Positions 27,401 through 41,900 of a stretch of DNA of 64,000 nt are shown piece after piece. Positions within the stretch are counted from its first letter, which is position 1, and every line of letters begins with the position of its first letter. The translations under genes and the position numbers were made by a program. The stretch is from Paragordius varius (Eukaryota; Animalia; Nematomorpha), in the NCBI GenBank assembly GCA_964247055.1, contig OZ176051.1, positions 372,001-436,000 on the forward strand. The letters run 5' to 3'. Under the pieces are notes generated by a model, which saw only the letters and a program-made list of their open reading frames with translations, had not been told where the DNA came from and ran no database searches.

Positions 27401-28100
27401 ATGGCTAACTAAAATCCAAATTTGATCAGGTGATGTCACCATAATTTTTTTTGGGTAGCCCTATGGTAGTTCCATCATCACCCCAAATATTTTCGAGATC
27501 GGAGTATAAATGTAATTTTTATAAATTTTTTAAATATTTAAAAAATTTATTTTATAAGATTTTAAAAATAAAAATGGCTACCTAAAATCCAAATTTGATC
27601 AGGTGATGTCGCCATAATTTTTTTTGGGTAGCCCCATGGTAGTTCCATAATCACCCCAAATATTTTTGAGATCGGACTGTAAATGTAATTTTTATGAATT
27701 TTTTAAATATTTAAAAAATTTATTTTATACGATTTTAAAAAAAATGGCTACCTAAAATCCAAATTTGATCAGGTGATGTCGCCATAATTTTTCTTGGGTA
27801 GCCCTATGGTAGTTCCATCATCACCCCAAATATTTTGCGGATCGGACTATAAATGTAATTTTTATGAATTTTTTAAATATTTAAAAAATTTATTTTATAC
27901 GATTTTAAAAAAAATGGCTACCTAAAATCCAAATTTGATCAGGTGATGTCACCATAATTTTTTTTGGGTAGCCCTATGGTAGTTCCATCATCACCCCAAA
28001 TATTTTCGAGATCGGAGTATAAATGTAATTTTTATAAATTTTTTAAATATTTAAAAAATTTATTTTATAAGATTTTAAAAATAAAAATGGCTACCTAAAA
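24480..28100 (+). repeat. 4-monomer higher-order repeat (686 bp) alternating with a 3-monomer derivative (516 bp)
   Basis: The GCTTTATGG marker occurs at 24882, 25568, 26084, 26769 and 27285 (spacings 686, 516, 685, 516). Confidence 0.9.
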
Positions 28101-28929
28101 TCCAAATTTGATCAGGTGATGTCGCCATACCTTTTTTTGGGTAGCCCCATGGTAGTTCCATAATCACCCCAAATATTTTTGAGATCGGACTGTAAATGTA
28201 ATTTTTATGAATTTTTTAAATATTTAAAATATTTATTTTATACGATTTTAAAAATAAAAATGGCTACCTAAAATCCAAATTTGATCAGGTGATGTCGCCA
28301 TAATTTTTTTTGGGTAGCCCCATGGTAGTTCCATAATCACCCCAAATATTTTTGAGATCGGACTGTAAATGTAATTTTTATGAATTTTTTAAATATTTAA
28401 AATATTTATTTTATACGATTTTAAAAATAAAAATGGCTACCTAAAATCCAAATTTGATCAGGTGATGTCGCCATAATTTTTTTTGGGTAGCCCTATGGTA
28501 GTTCCATCATCACCCCAAATATTTTTGAGATCGGAGTATAAATGTAATTTTTATGAATTTTTTAAATATTTAAAAAATTTATTTTATACGATTTTAAAAA
28601 TAAAAATGGCTACCTAAAATCCAAATTTGATCAGGTGATGTCATTATAATTTATTTGGGTAGCCCTATGGTAGTTCCATCATCACCCCAAATATTTTGGG
28701 GATCGGACTATAAATGTAATTTTTATGAATTTTTTAAATATTTAAAAAATTTATTTTATACGATTTTAAAAATAAAAATGGCTACCTAAAATCCAAATTT
28801 GATCAGGTGATGTCGCCATAATTTTTTTTGGGTAGCCCTATGGTAGTTCCATCATCACCCCAAATACTTTGGGGATCGGACTATAAATGTAATTTTTATG
28901 AATTTTTTAAATATTTAAAAAATTTATTT

Positions 28930-31900
28930 TATACGATTTTAAAAATAAAAATGGCTACCTAAAATCCAAATTTGATCAGATGATGTCACCATAATTTTTT
29001 TTGGGTAGCCCTATGGTAGTTCCATCATCACCCCAAATATTTTCGAGATCGGAGTATAAATGTAATTTTTATGAATTTTTTAAATATTTAAAAAATTTAT
29101 TTTATACGATTTTAAAAATAAAAATGGCTACCTAAAATCCAAATTTGATCAGGTGATGTCACCATAATTTTTTTTGGGTAGCCCTATGGTAGTTCCATCA
29201 TCACCCCAAATATTGTCGAGATCGGAGTATAAATGTAATTTTTTTGAATTTTTTAAATATTAAAAAAATTTATTTTATACGATTTAAAAAAAAATGGCTA
29301 CCTAAAATCCAAATTTGATCAGGTGATGTCGCCATAATTTTTTTTGGGTAGCCCTATGGTAGTTCCATCATCACCCCAAATACTTTGGGGATCGGACTAT
29401 AAATGTAATTTTTATGAATTTTTTAAATATTTAAAAAATTTATTTTATACGATTTTAAAAATAAAAATGGCTACCTAAAATCCAAATTTGATCAGGTGAT
29501 GTCACCATAATTTATTTGGGTAGCCCTATGGTAGTTCCATCATCACCCCAAATATTGTCGAGATCGGAGTATAAATGTAATTTTTATGAATTTTTTAAAT
29601 ATTTAAAAAATTTATTTTATACGATTTTAAAATAAAAATGGCTACCTAAAATCCAAATTTGATCAGGTGATGTCACTATAATTTTTTTGGGTAGCCCTAT
29701 GGTAGTTCCATCATCACCCCAAATATTTTTGAGATCGGAGTATAAATGTAATTTTTATGAATTTTTTAAATATTTAAAAAATTTATTTTATACGATTTTA
29801 AAAATAAAAATGGCTACCTAAAATCCAAATTTGATCAGGTGATGTCGCCATAATTTTTTTGGGTAGCCCTATGGTAGTTCCATCATAACCCCAAATATTT
29901 TTGAGATCGGACTTTAAATGTAATTTTTATGAATTTTTTAAATATTTAAAAAATTTATTTTATACAATTTTAAAAATAAAAATGGCTACCTAAAATCCAA
30001 ATTTGATCAGGTGATGTCGCCATAATTTTTTTTGGGTAGCCCCATGGTAGTTCCATAATCACCCCAAATATTTTTGAGATCGGACTGTAAATGTAATTTT
30101 TATGAATTTTTTAAATATTTAAAAAATTTATTTTATACGATTTTAAAAAAAATGGCTACCTAAAATCCAGATTTGATCAGGTGATGTCACCATAATTTAC
30201 TTGGGTAGCCCTATGGTAGTTCCATCATCACCCCAAATATTTTGGGGATCGGACTATAAATGTAATTTTTATGAATTTTTTAAATATTTAAAAAATTTAT
30301 TTTATACGATTTTAAAAATAAAAATGGCTACCTAAAATCCAAATTTGATCAGGTGATGTCGCCATAATTTTTTTTGGGTAGCCCTATGGTAGTTCCATCA
30401 TCACCCCAAATACTTTGGGGATCGGACTATAAATGTAATTTTTATGAATTTTTTAAATATTTAAAAAATTTATTTTATACGATTTTAAAAATAAAAATGG
30501 CTACCTAAAATCCAAATTTGATCAGGTGATGTCACCATAATTTTTTTTGGGTAGCCCTATGGTAGTTCCATCATCACCCCAAATATTTTCGAGATCGGAG
30601 TATAAATGTAATTTTTATGAATTTTTTAAATATTTAAAAAATTTATTTTATACGATTTTAAAAATAAAAATGGCTACCTAAATCCAAATTTGATCAGGTG
30701 ATGTCGCCATAATTTTTTTTGGGTAGCCCCATGGTAGTTCCATAATCACCCCAAATATTTTTGAGATCGGACTGTAAATGTAATTTTTATGAATTTTTTA
30801 AATATTTAAAAAATTTATTTTATACGATTTTAAAAAAAATGGCTACCTAAAATCCAAATTTGATCAGGTGATGTCGCCATAATTTTTCTTGGGTAGCCCT
30901 ATGGTAGTTCCATCATCACCCCAAATATTTTGCGGATCGGACTATAAATGTAATTTTTATGAATTTTTTAAATATTTAAAAAATTTATTTTATACGATTT
31001 TAAAAAAAATGGCTACCTAAAATCCAAATTTGATCAGGTGATGTCGCCATAATTTTTTTTGGGTAGCTTTATGGTAGTTCCATCATCACCCCAAATACTT
31101 TGGGGATCGGACTATAAATGTAATTTTTATGAATTTTTTAAATATTTAAAAAATTTATTTTATACGATTTTAAAAATAAAAATGGCTACCTAAAATCCAA
31201 ATTTGATCAGGTGATGTCACCATAATTTTTTTTGGGTAGCCCTATGGTAGTTCCATCATCACCCCAAATATTTTCGAGATCGGAGTATAAATGTAATTTT
31301 TATAAATTTTTTAAATATTTAAAAAATTTATTTTATAAGATTTTAAAAATAAAAATGGCTACCTAAAATCCAAATTTGATCAGGTGATGTCGCCATAATT
31401 TTTTTTGGGTAGCCCCATGGTAGTTCCATAATCACCCCAAATATTTTTGAGATCGGACTGTAAATGTAATTTTTATGAATTTTTTAAATATTTAAAAAAT
31501 TTATTTTATACGATTTTAAAAAAAATGGCTACCTAAAATCCAAATTTGATCAGGTGATGTCGCCATAATTTTTCTTGGGTAGCCCTATGGTAGTTCCATC
31601 ATCACCCCAAATATTTTGCGGATCGGACTATAAATGTAATTTTTATGAATTTTTTAAATATTTAAAAAATTTATTTTATACGATTTTAAAAAAAATGGCT
31701 ACCTAAAATCCAAATTTGATCAGGTGATGTCGCCATAATTTTTTTTGGGTAGCTTTATGGTAGTTCCATCATCACCCCAAATACTTTGGGGATCGGACTA
31801 TAAATGTAATTTTTATGAATGTTTTAAATATTTAAAAAATTTATTTTATACGATTTTAAAAATAAAAATGGCTACCTAAAATCCAAATTTGATCAGGTGA

Positions 31901-34900
31901 TGTCACCATAATTTTTTTTGGGTAGCCCTATGGTAGTTCCATCATCACCCCAAATATTTTCGAGATCGGAGTATAAATGTAATTTTTATAAATTTTTTAA
32001 ATATTTAAAAAATTTATTTTATAAGATTTTAAAAATAAAAATATCTACCTAAAATCCAAATTTGATCAGGTGATGTCGCCATAATTTTTTTTGGGTAGCC
32101 CCATGGTAGTTCCATAATCACCCCAAATATTTTTGAGATCGGACTGTAAATGTAATTTTTATGAATTTTTTAAATATTTAAAATATTTATTTTATACGAT
32201 TTTAAAAATAAAAATGGCTACCTAAAATCCAAATTTGATCAGGTGATGTCACCATAATTTTTTTTGGGTAGCCCTATGGTAGTTCCATCATCACCCCAAA
32301 TATTTTCGAGATCGGAGTATAAATGTAATTTTTATGAATTTTTTAAATATTTAAAAAATTTATTTTATACGATTTTAAAAAAAATGGCTACCTAAAATCC
32401 AAATTTGATCAGGTGATGTCGCCATAATTTTTCTTGGGTAGCCATATGGTAGTTCCATCATCACCCCAAATATTTTGCGGATCGGACTATAAATGTAATT
32501 TTTATGAATTTTTTAAATATTTAAAAAATTTATTTTATACGATTTTAAAAAAAATGGCTACCTAAAATCCAAATTTGATCAGGTGATGTCGCCATAATTT
32601 TTTTTGGGTAGCTTTATGGTAGTTCCATCATCATCCCAAATACTTTGGGGATCGGACTGTAAATGTAATTTTTATGAATTTTTTAAATATTTAAAATATT
32701 TATTTTATACGATTTTAAAAATAAAAATGGCTACCTAAAATCCAAATTTGATCAGATGATGTCACCATAATTTTTTTTGGGTAGCCCTATGGTAGTTCCA
32801 TCATCACCCCAAATATTTTCGAGATCGGAGTATAAATGTAATTTTTATGAATTTTTTAAATATTTAAAAAATTTATTTTATACGATTTTAAAAATAAAAA
32901 TGGCTACCTAAAATCCAAATTTGATCAGGTGATGTCACCATAATTTTTTTTGGGTAGCCCTATGGTAGTTCCATCATCACCCCAAATATTGTCGAGATCG
33001 GAGTATAAATGTAATTTTTTTGAATTTTTTAAATATTAAAAAAATTTATTTTATACGATTTAAAAAAAAATGGCTACCTAAAATCCAAATTTGATCAGGT
33101 GATGTCGCCATAATTTTTTTTGGGTAGCCCTATGGTAGTTCCATCATCACCCCAAATACTTTGGGGATCGGACTATAAATGTAATTTTTATGAATTTTTT
33201 AAATATTTAAAAAATTTATTTTATACGATTTTAAAAATAAAAATGGCTACCTAAAATCCAAATTTGATCAGGTGATGTCACCATAATTTATTTGGGTAGC
33301 CCTATGGTAGTTCCATCATCACCCCAAATATTGTCGAGATCGGAGTATAAATGTAATTTTTATGAATTTTTTAAATATTTAAAAAATTTATTTTATACGA
33401 TTTTAAAATAAAAATGGCTACCTAAAATCCAAATTTGATCAGGTGATGTCACTATAATTTTTTTGGGTAGCCCTATGGTAGTTCCATCATCACCCCAAAT
33501 ATTTTTGAGATCGGAGTATAAATGTAATTTTTATGAATTTTTTAAATATTTAAAAAATTTATTTTATACGATTTTAAAAATAAAAATGGCTACCTAAAAT
33601 CCAAATTTGATCAGGTGATGTCGCCATAATTTTTTTGGGTAGCCCTATGGTAGTTCCATCATAACCCCAAATATTTTTGAGATCGGACTTTAAATGTAAT
33701 TTTTATGAATTTTTTAAATATTTAAAAAATTTATTTTATACGATTTTAAAAATAAAAATGGCTACCTAAAATCCAAATTTGATCAGGTGATGTCGCCATA
33801 ATTTTTTTTGGGTAGCCCCATGGTAGTTCCATAATCACCCCAAATATTTTTGAGATCGGACTGTAAATGTAATTTTTATGAATTTTTTAAATATTTAAAA
33901 AATTTATTTTATACGATTTTAAAAAAAATGGCTACCTAAAATCCAGATTTGATCAGGTGATGTCACCATAATTTACTTGGGTAGCCCTATGGTAGTTCCA
34001 TCATCACCCCAAATATTTTGGGGATCGGACTATAAATGTAATTTTTATGAATTTTTTAAATATTTAAAAAATTTATTTTATACGATTTTAAAAATAAAAA
34101 TGGCTACCTAAAATCCAAATTTGATCAGGTGATGTCGCCATAATTTTTTTTGGGTAGCCCTATGGTAGTTCCATCATCACCCCAAATACTTTGGGGATCG
34201 GACTATAAATGTAATTTTTATGAATTTTTTAAATATTTAAAAAATTTATTTTATACGATTTTAAAAATAAAAATGGCTACCTAAAATCCAAATTTGATCA
34301 GGTGATGTCACCATAATTTTTTTTGGGTAGCCCTATGGTAGTTCCATCATCACCCCAAATATTTTCGAGATCGGAGTATAAATGTAATTTTTATGAATTT
34401 TTTAAATATTTAAAAAATTTATTTTATACGATTTTAAAAATAAAAATGGCTACCTAAATCCAAATTTGATCAGGTGATGTCGCCATAATTTTTTTTGGGT
34501 AGCCCCATGGTAGTTCCATAATCACCCCAAATATTTTTGAGATCGGACTGTAAATGTAATTTTTATGAATTTTTTAAATATTTAAAAAATTTATTTTATA
34601 CGATTTTAAAAAAAATGGCTACCTAAAATCCAAATTTGATCAGGTGATGTCGCCATAATTTTTCTTGGGTAGCCCTATGGTAGTTCCATCATCACCCCAA
34701 ATATTTTGCGGATCGGACTATAAATGTAATTTTTATGAATTTTTTAAATATTTAAAAAATTTATTTTATACGATTTTAAAAAAAATGGCTACCTAAAATC
34801 CAAATTTGATCAGGTGATGTCGCCATAATTTTTTTTGGGTAGCTTTATGGTAGTTCCATCATCACCCCAAATACTTTGGGGATCGGACTATAAATGTAAT

Positions 34901-35976
34901 TTTTATGAATTTTTTAAATATTTAAAAAATTTATTTTATACGATTTTAAAAATAAAAATGGCTACCTAAAATCCAAATTTGATCAGGTGATGTCACCATA
35001 ATTTTTTTTGGGTAGCCCTATGGTAGTTCCATCATCACCCCAAATATTTTCGAGATCGGAGTATAAATGTAATTTTTATAAATTTTTTAAATATTTAAAA
35101 AATTTATTTTATAAGATTTTAAAAATAAAAATGGCTACCTAAAATCCAAATTTGATCAGGTGATGTCGCCATAATTTTTTTTGGGTAGCCCCATGGTAGT
35201 TCCATAATCACCCCAAATATTTTTGAGATCGGACTGTAAATGTAATTTTTATGAATTTTTTAAATATTTAAAAAATTTATTTTATACGATTTTAAAAAAA
35301 ATGGCTACCTAAAATCCAAATTTGATCAGGTGATGTCGCCATAATTTTTCTTGGGTAGCCCTATGGTAGTTCCATCATCACCCCAAATATTTTGCGGATC
35401 GGACTATAAATGTAATTTTTATGAATTTTTTAAATATTTAAAAAATTTATTTTATACGATTTTAAAAAAAATGGCTACCTAAAATCCAAATTTGATCAGG
35501 TGATGTCGCCATAATTTTTTTTGGGTAGCTTTATGGTAGTTCCATCATCACCCCAAATACTTTGGGGATCGGACTATAAATGTAATTTTTATGAATGTTT
35601 TAAATATTTAAAAAATTTATTTTATACGATTTTAAAAATAAAAATGGCTACCTAAAATCCAAATTTGATCAGGTGATGTCACCATAATTTTTTTTGGGTA
35701 GCCCTATGGTAGTTCCATCATCACCCCAAATATTTTCGAGATCGGAGTATAAATGTAATTTTTATAAATTTTTTAAATATTTAAAAAATTTATTTTATAA
35801 GATTTTAAAAATAAAAATATCTACCTAAAATCCAAATTTGATCAGGTGATGTCGCCATAATTTTTTTTGGGTAGCCCCATGGTAGTTCCATAATCACCCC
35901 AAATATTTTTGAGATCGGACTGTAAATGTAATTTTTATGAATTTTTTAAATATTTAAAATATTTATTTTATACGAT
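28930..35976 (+). repeat. ~3.3-kb block (about 28930-32200) duplicated at offset 3776 bp (22 monomers)
   Basis: CAGATG (28980/32756), TCCAGATTT (30170/33946), CCTAAATCC (30684/34460), GAATGTTTT (31821/35597) and ATATCTACC (32045/35821) are all offset by 3776. Confidence 0.92.
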
Positions 35977-38900
35977 TTTAAAAATAAAAATGGCTACCTA
36001 AAATCCAAATTTGATCAGGTGATGTCGCCATAATTTTTTTTGGGTAGCCCTATGGTAGTTCCATCATCACCCCAAATACTTTGGGGATCGGACTATAAAT
36101 GTAATTTTTATGAATTTTTTAAATATTTAAAAAATTTATTTTATACGATTTTAAAAATAAAAATGGCTACCTAAAATCCAAATTTGTTCAGGTGATGTCG
36201 CCATAATTTTTTTTGAGTAGCCCTGTGGTAGTTCCATCCTAACCCCAAATATTTTTGAGATCGGACTTTAAATGTAATTTTTATAAATTTTTTAAATATT
36301 TGAAAAATTTATTTTATACGATTTTAAAAATAAAAATGGCTACCTAAAATCCAAATTTGATCAGGTGATGTCACCATAATTTATTTGGGTAGCCCTATGG
36401 TAGTTCCATCATCACCCCAAATATTGTCGAGATCGGAGTATAAATGTAATTTTTTTGAATTTTTTAAATATTTAAAAAATTTATTTTATACGATTTTAAA
36501 AAAAAAATGGCTACCTAAAATCCAAATTTGATCAGGTGATGTCGCCATAATTTTTATTTAGTAGTTCTATGGTAGTTCCATCATCACCCCAAATATTTTG
36601 GGGATCGGACTATAAATGTAATTTTTATGAATTTTTTAAATATTTAAAAAATTTATTTTATACGATTTTAAAATAAAAATGGCTACCTAAAATCCAAATT
36701 TGATCAGGTGATGTCGCCATAATTTTCTTTGGGTAGCCCTATGGTAGTTCCATCATCACCCCAAATATTTTTGAGATCGGAGTATAAATGTAATTTTTAT
36801 GAATTTTTTAAATATTTAAAAAATTTATTTTATACGATTTTAAAAATAAAAATGGCTACCTAAAATCCAAATTTGATCAGGTGATGTCGCCATAATTTTT
36901 TTGGGTAGCCCTATGGTAGTTCCATCATAACCCCAAATATTTTTGAGATCGGACTTTAAATCTAATTTTTATGAATTTTTTAAATATTTAAAAAATTTAT
37001 TTTATACGATTTTAAAAATAAAAATGGCTACCTAAAATCCAAATTTGATCAGGTGATGTCACCATAATTTTTTTTGGGTAGCCCTATGGTAGTTCCATCA
37101 TCACCCCAAATATTTTCGAGATCGGAGTATAAATGTAATTTTTATAAACTTTTCAAATATTTAAAAAATTTATTTTATAAGATTTTAAAAATAAAAATGG
37201 CTACCTAAAATCCAAATTTGATCAGGTGATGTCACCATAATTTACTTGGGTAGCCCTATGGTAGTTCCATCATCACCCCAAATATTTTGGGGATCGGACT
37301 ATAAATGTAATTTTTATGAATTTTTTAAATATTTAAAAAATTTATTTTATACGATTTTAAAAATAAAAATGGCTACCTAAAATCCAAATTTGATCAGGTG
37401 ATGTCGCCATAATTTTTTTTGGGTAGCCCTATGGTAGTTGCATCATCACCCCAAATACTTTGGGGATCGGACTATAAATGTAATTTTTATGAATTTTTTA
37501 AATATTTAAAAAATTTATTTTATACGATTTTAAAAATAAAAATGGCTACCTAAAATCCAAATTTGATCAGGTGATGTCACCATAATTTTTTTTGGGTAGC
37601 CCTATGGTAGTTCCATCATCACCCCAAATATTTTCGAGATCGGAGTATAAATGTAATTTTTATGAATTTTTTAAATATTTAAAAAATTTATTTTATACGA
37701 TTTTAAAAATAAAAATGGCTACCTAAAATCCAAATTTGATCAGGTGATGTCGCCATAATTTTTTTTGGGTAGCCCCATGGTAGTTCCATAATCACCCCAA
37801 ATATTTTTGAGATCGGACTGTAAATGTAATTTTTATGAATTTTTTAAATATTTAAAAAATTTATTTTATACGATTTTAAAAAAAATGGCTACCTAAAATC
37901 CAAATTTGATCAGGTGATGTCGCCATAATTTTTCTTGGGTAGCCCTATGGTAGTTCCATCATCACCCCAAATATTTTGCGGATCGGACTATAAATGTAAT
38001 TTTTATGAATTTTTTAAATATTTAAAAAATTTATTTTATACGATTTTAAAAAAAATGGCTACCTAAAATCCAAATTTGATCAGGTGATGTCGCCATAATT
38101 TTTTTTGGGTAGCTTTATTGTAGTTCCATCATCACCCCAAATACTTTGGGGATCGGACTATAAATGTAATTTTTATGAATTTTTTAAATATTTAAAAAAT
38201 TTATTTTATACGATTTTAAAAATAAAAATGGCTACCTAAAATCCAAATTTGATCAGGTGATGTCACCATAATTTTTTTTGGGTAGCCCTATGGTAGTTCC
38301 ATCATCACCCCAAATATTTTCGAGATCGGAGTATAAATGTAATTTTTATAAATTTTTTAAATATTTAAAAAATTTATTTTATAAGATTTTAAAAATAAAA
38401 ATGGCTACCTAAAATCCAAATTTGATCAGTGTCGCCATAATTTTTTTTGGGTAGCCCCATGGTAGTTCCATAATCACCCCAAATATTTTTGATATCGGAC
38501 TGTAAATGTAATTTTTATGAATTTTTTAAATATTTAAAAAATTTATTTTATACGATTTTAAAAAAAATGGCTACCTAAAATCCAAATTTGATCAGGTGAT
38601 GTCGCCATAATTTTTCTTGGGTAGCCCTATAGTAGTTCCATCATCACCCCAAATATTTTGCGGATCGGACTATAAATATAATTTTTATGAATTTTTTAAA
38701 TATTTAAAAAATTTATTTTATACGATTTTAAAAAAAATGGCTACCTAAAATCCAAATTTGATCAGGTGATGTCGCCATAATTTTTTTTGGGTAGCTTTAT
38801 GGTAGTTCCATCATCACCCCAAATACTTTGGGGATCGGACTATAAATGTAATTTTTATGAATTTTTTAAATATTTAAAAAATTTATTTTATACGATTTTA

Positions 38901-41900
38901 AAAATAAAAATGGCTACCTAAAATCCAAATTTGATCAGGTGATGTCACCATAATTTTTTTTGGGTAGCCCTATGGTAGTTCCATCATCACCCCAAATATT
39001 TTCGAGATCGGAGTATAAATGTAATTTTTATGAATTTTTTAAATATTTAAAATATTTATTTTATACGATTTTAAAAATAAAAATGGCTACCTAAAATCCA
39101 AATTTGATCAGGTGATGTCGCCATAATTTTTTTTGGGTAGCCCTATGGTAGTTCCATCATCACCCCAAATACTTTGGGGATCGGACTATAAATGTAATTT
39201 TTATGAATTTTTTAAATATTTAAAAAATTTATTTTATACGATTTTAAAAATAAAAATGGCTACCTAAAATCCAAATTTGTTCAGGTGATGTCGCCATAAT
39301 TTTTTTTTGAGTAGCCCTGTGGTAGTTCCATCCTAACCCCAAATATTTTTGAGATCGGACTTTAAATGTAATTTTTATAAATTTTTTAAATATTTGAAAA
39401 ATTTATTTTATACGATTTTAAAAATAAAAATGGCTACCTAAAATCCAAATTTGATCAGGTGATGTCGCCATAATTTTTTTTGGGTAGCCCTATGGTAGTT
39501 CCATCATCACCCGAAATATTTTTGAGATCGGAGTATAAATGTAATTTTTATGAATTTTTTAAATATTTAAAAAATTTATTTTATACGATTTTAAAAATAA
39601 AAATGGCTACCTAAAATCCAAATTTCATCAGGTGATGTCGCCATAATTTTTTTTGGGTAGCCCTATGGTAGTTCCATCATCACCCCAAATATTTTGGGGA
39701 TCGGATTATAAATGTAATTTTTATGAATTTTTTAAATATTTAAAAAATTTATTTTACACGATTTTAAAAATAAAAATGGCTACCTAAAATCCAAATTTGA
39801 TCAGGTGATGTCACCATAATTTTTTTTTGGTAGCCCTATGGTAGTTCCATCATCACCCCAAATATTGTCGAGATCGGAGTATAAATGTAATTTTTTTGAA
39901 TTTTTTAAATATTTAAAAAATTTATTTTATACGATTTTAAAAATAAAAATGGCTACCTAAAATCCAAATTTGATCAGGTGATGTCGCCATAATTTTTTTG
40001 GGTAGCCCTATGGTAGTTCCATCATCACCCCAAATATTTTTGAGATCGGACTTTAAATGTAATTTTTATGAATTTTTTAAATATTTAAAAAATTTATTTT
40101 ATACGATTTTAAAAATAAAAATGGCTACCTAAAATCCAAATTTGATCAGGTGATGTCGCCATAATTTTTTTTGGGTAGCCCTATGGTAGTTCCATCATCA
40201 CCCCAAATATTTTTGAGATCGGAGTATAAATGTAATTTTTATGAATTTTTTAAATATTTAAAAAATTTATTTTATACGATTTTAAAAATAAAAATGGCTA
40301 CCTAAAATCCAAATTTGATCAGGTGATGTCATTATAATTTATTTGGGTAGCCCTATGGTAGTTCCATCATCACCCCAAATATTTTGGGGATCGGACTATA
40401 AATGTAATTTTTATGAATTTTTTAAATATTTAAAAAATTTATTTTATACGATTTTAAAAATAAAAATGGCTACCTAAAATCCAAATTTGATCAGGTGACT
40501 TCGCCATAATTTTTTTTGGGTAGCCCTATGGTAGTTCCATCATCACCCCAAATACTTTGGGGATCGGACTATAAATGTAATTTTTATGAATTTTTTAAAT
40601 ATTTAAAAAATTTATTTTATACGATTTTAAAAATAAAAATGGCTACCTAAAATCCAAATTTGATCAGATTATGTCACCATAATTTTTTTTGGGTAGCCCT
40701 ATGGTAGTTCCATCATCACCCCAAATATTTTCGAGATCGGAGTATAAATGTAATTTTTATGAATTTTTTAAATATTTAAAAAATTTATTTTATACGATTT
40801 TAAAAATAAAAATGGCTACCTAAAATCCAAATTTGATCAGGTGATGTCACCATAATTTTTTTTGGGTAGCCCTATGGTAGTTCCATCATCACCCCAAATA
40901 TTGTCGAGATCGGAGTATAAATGTAATTTTTTTGAATTTTTTAAATATTAAAAAAATTTATTTTATACGATTTAAAAAAAAATGGCTACCTAAAATCCAA
41001 ATTTGATCAGGTGATGTCGCCATAATTTTTTTTGGGTAGCCCTATGGTAGTTCCATCATCACCCCAAATACTTTGGGGATCGGACTATAAATGTAATTTT
41101 TATGAATTTTTTAAATATTTAAAAAATTTATTTTATACGATTTTAAAAATAAAAATGGCTACCTAAAATCCAAATTTGATCAGGTGATGTCACCATAATT
41201 TATTTGGGTAGCCCTATGGTAGTTCCATCATCACCCCAAATATTGTCGAGATCGGAGTATAAATGTAATTTTTTTGAATTTTTTAAATATTTAAAAAATT
41301 TATTTTATACGATTTTAAAAATAAAAATGGCTACCTAAAATCCAAATTTGATCAGGTGATGTCGCCATAATTTTTATTTAGTAGCCCTATGGTAGTTCCA
41401 TCATCACCCCAAATATTTTGGGGATCGGACTATAAATGTAATTTTTATGAATTTTTTAAATATTTAAAAAATTTATTTTATACGATTTTAAAATAAAAAT
41501 GGCTACCTAAAATCCAAATTTGATCAGGTGATGTCACTATAATTTTTTTGGGTAGCCCTATGGTAGTTCCATCATCCCCCCAAATATTTTTGAGATCGGA
41601 GTATAAATGTAATTTTTATGAATTTTTTAAATATTTAAAAAATTTATTTTATACGATTTTAAAAATAAAAATGGCTACCTAAAATCCAAATTTGATCAGG
41701 TGATGTCGCCATAATTTTTTTGGGTAGCCCTATGGTAGTTCCATCATAACCCCAAATATTTTTGAGATCGGACTTTAAATGTAATTTTTATGAATTTTTT
41801 AAATATTTAAAAAATTTATTTTATACGATTTTAAAAATAAAAATGGCTACCTAAAATCCAAATTTGATCAGGTGATGTCGCCATAATTTTTTTTGGGTAG

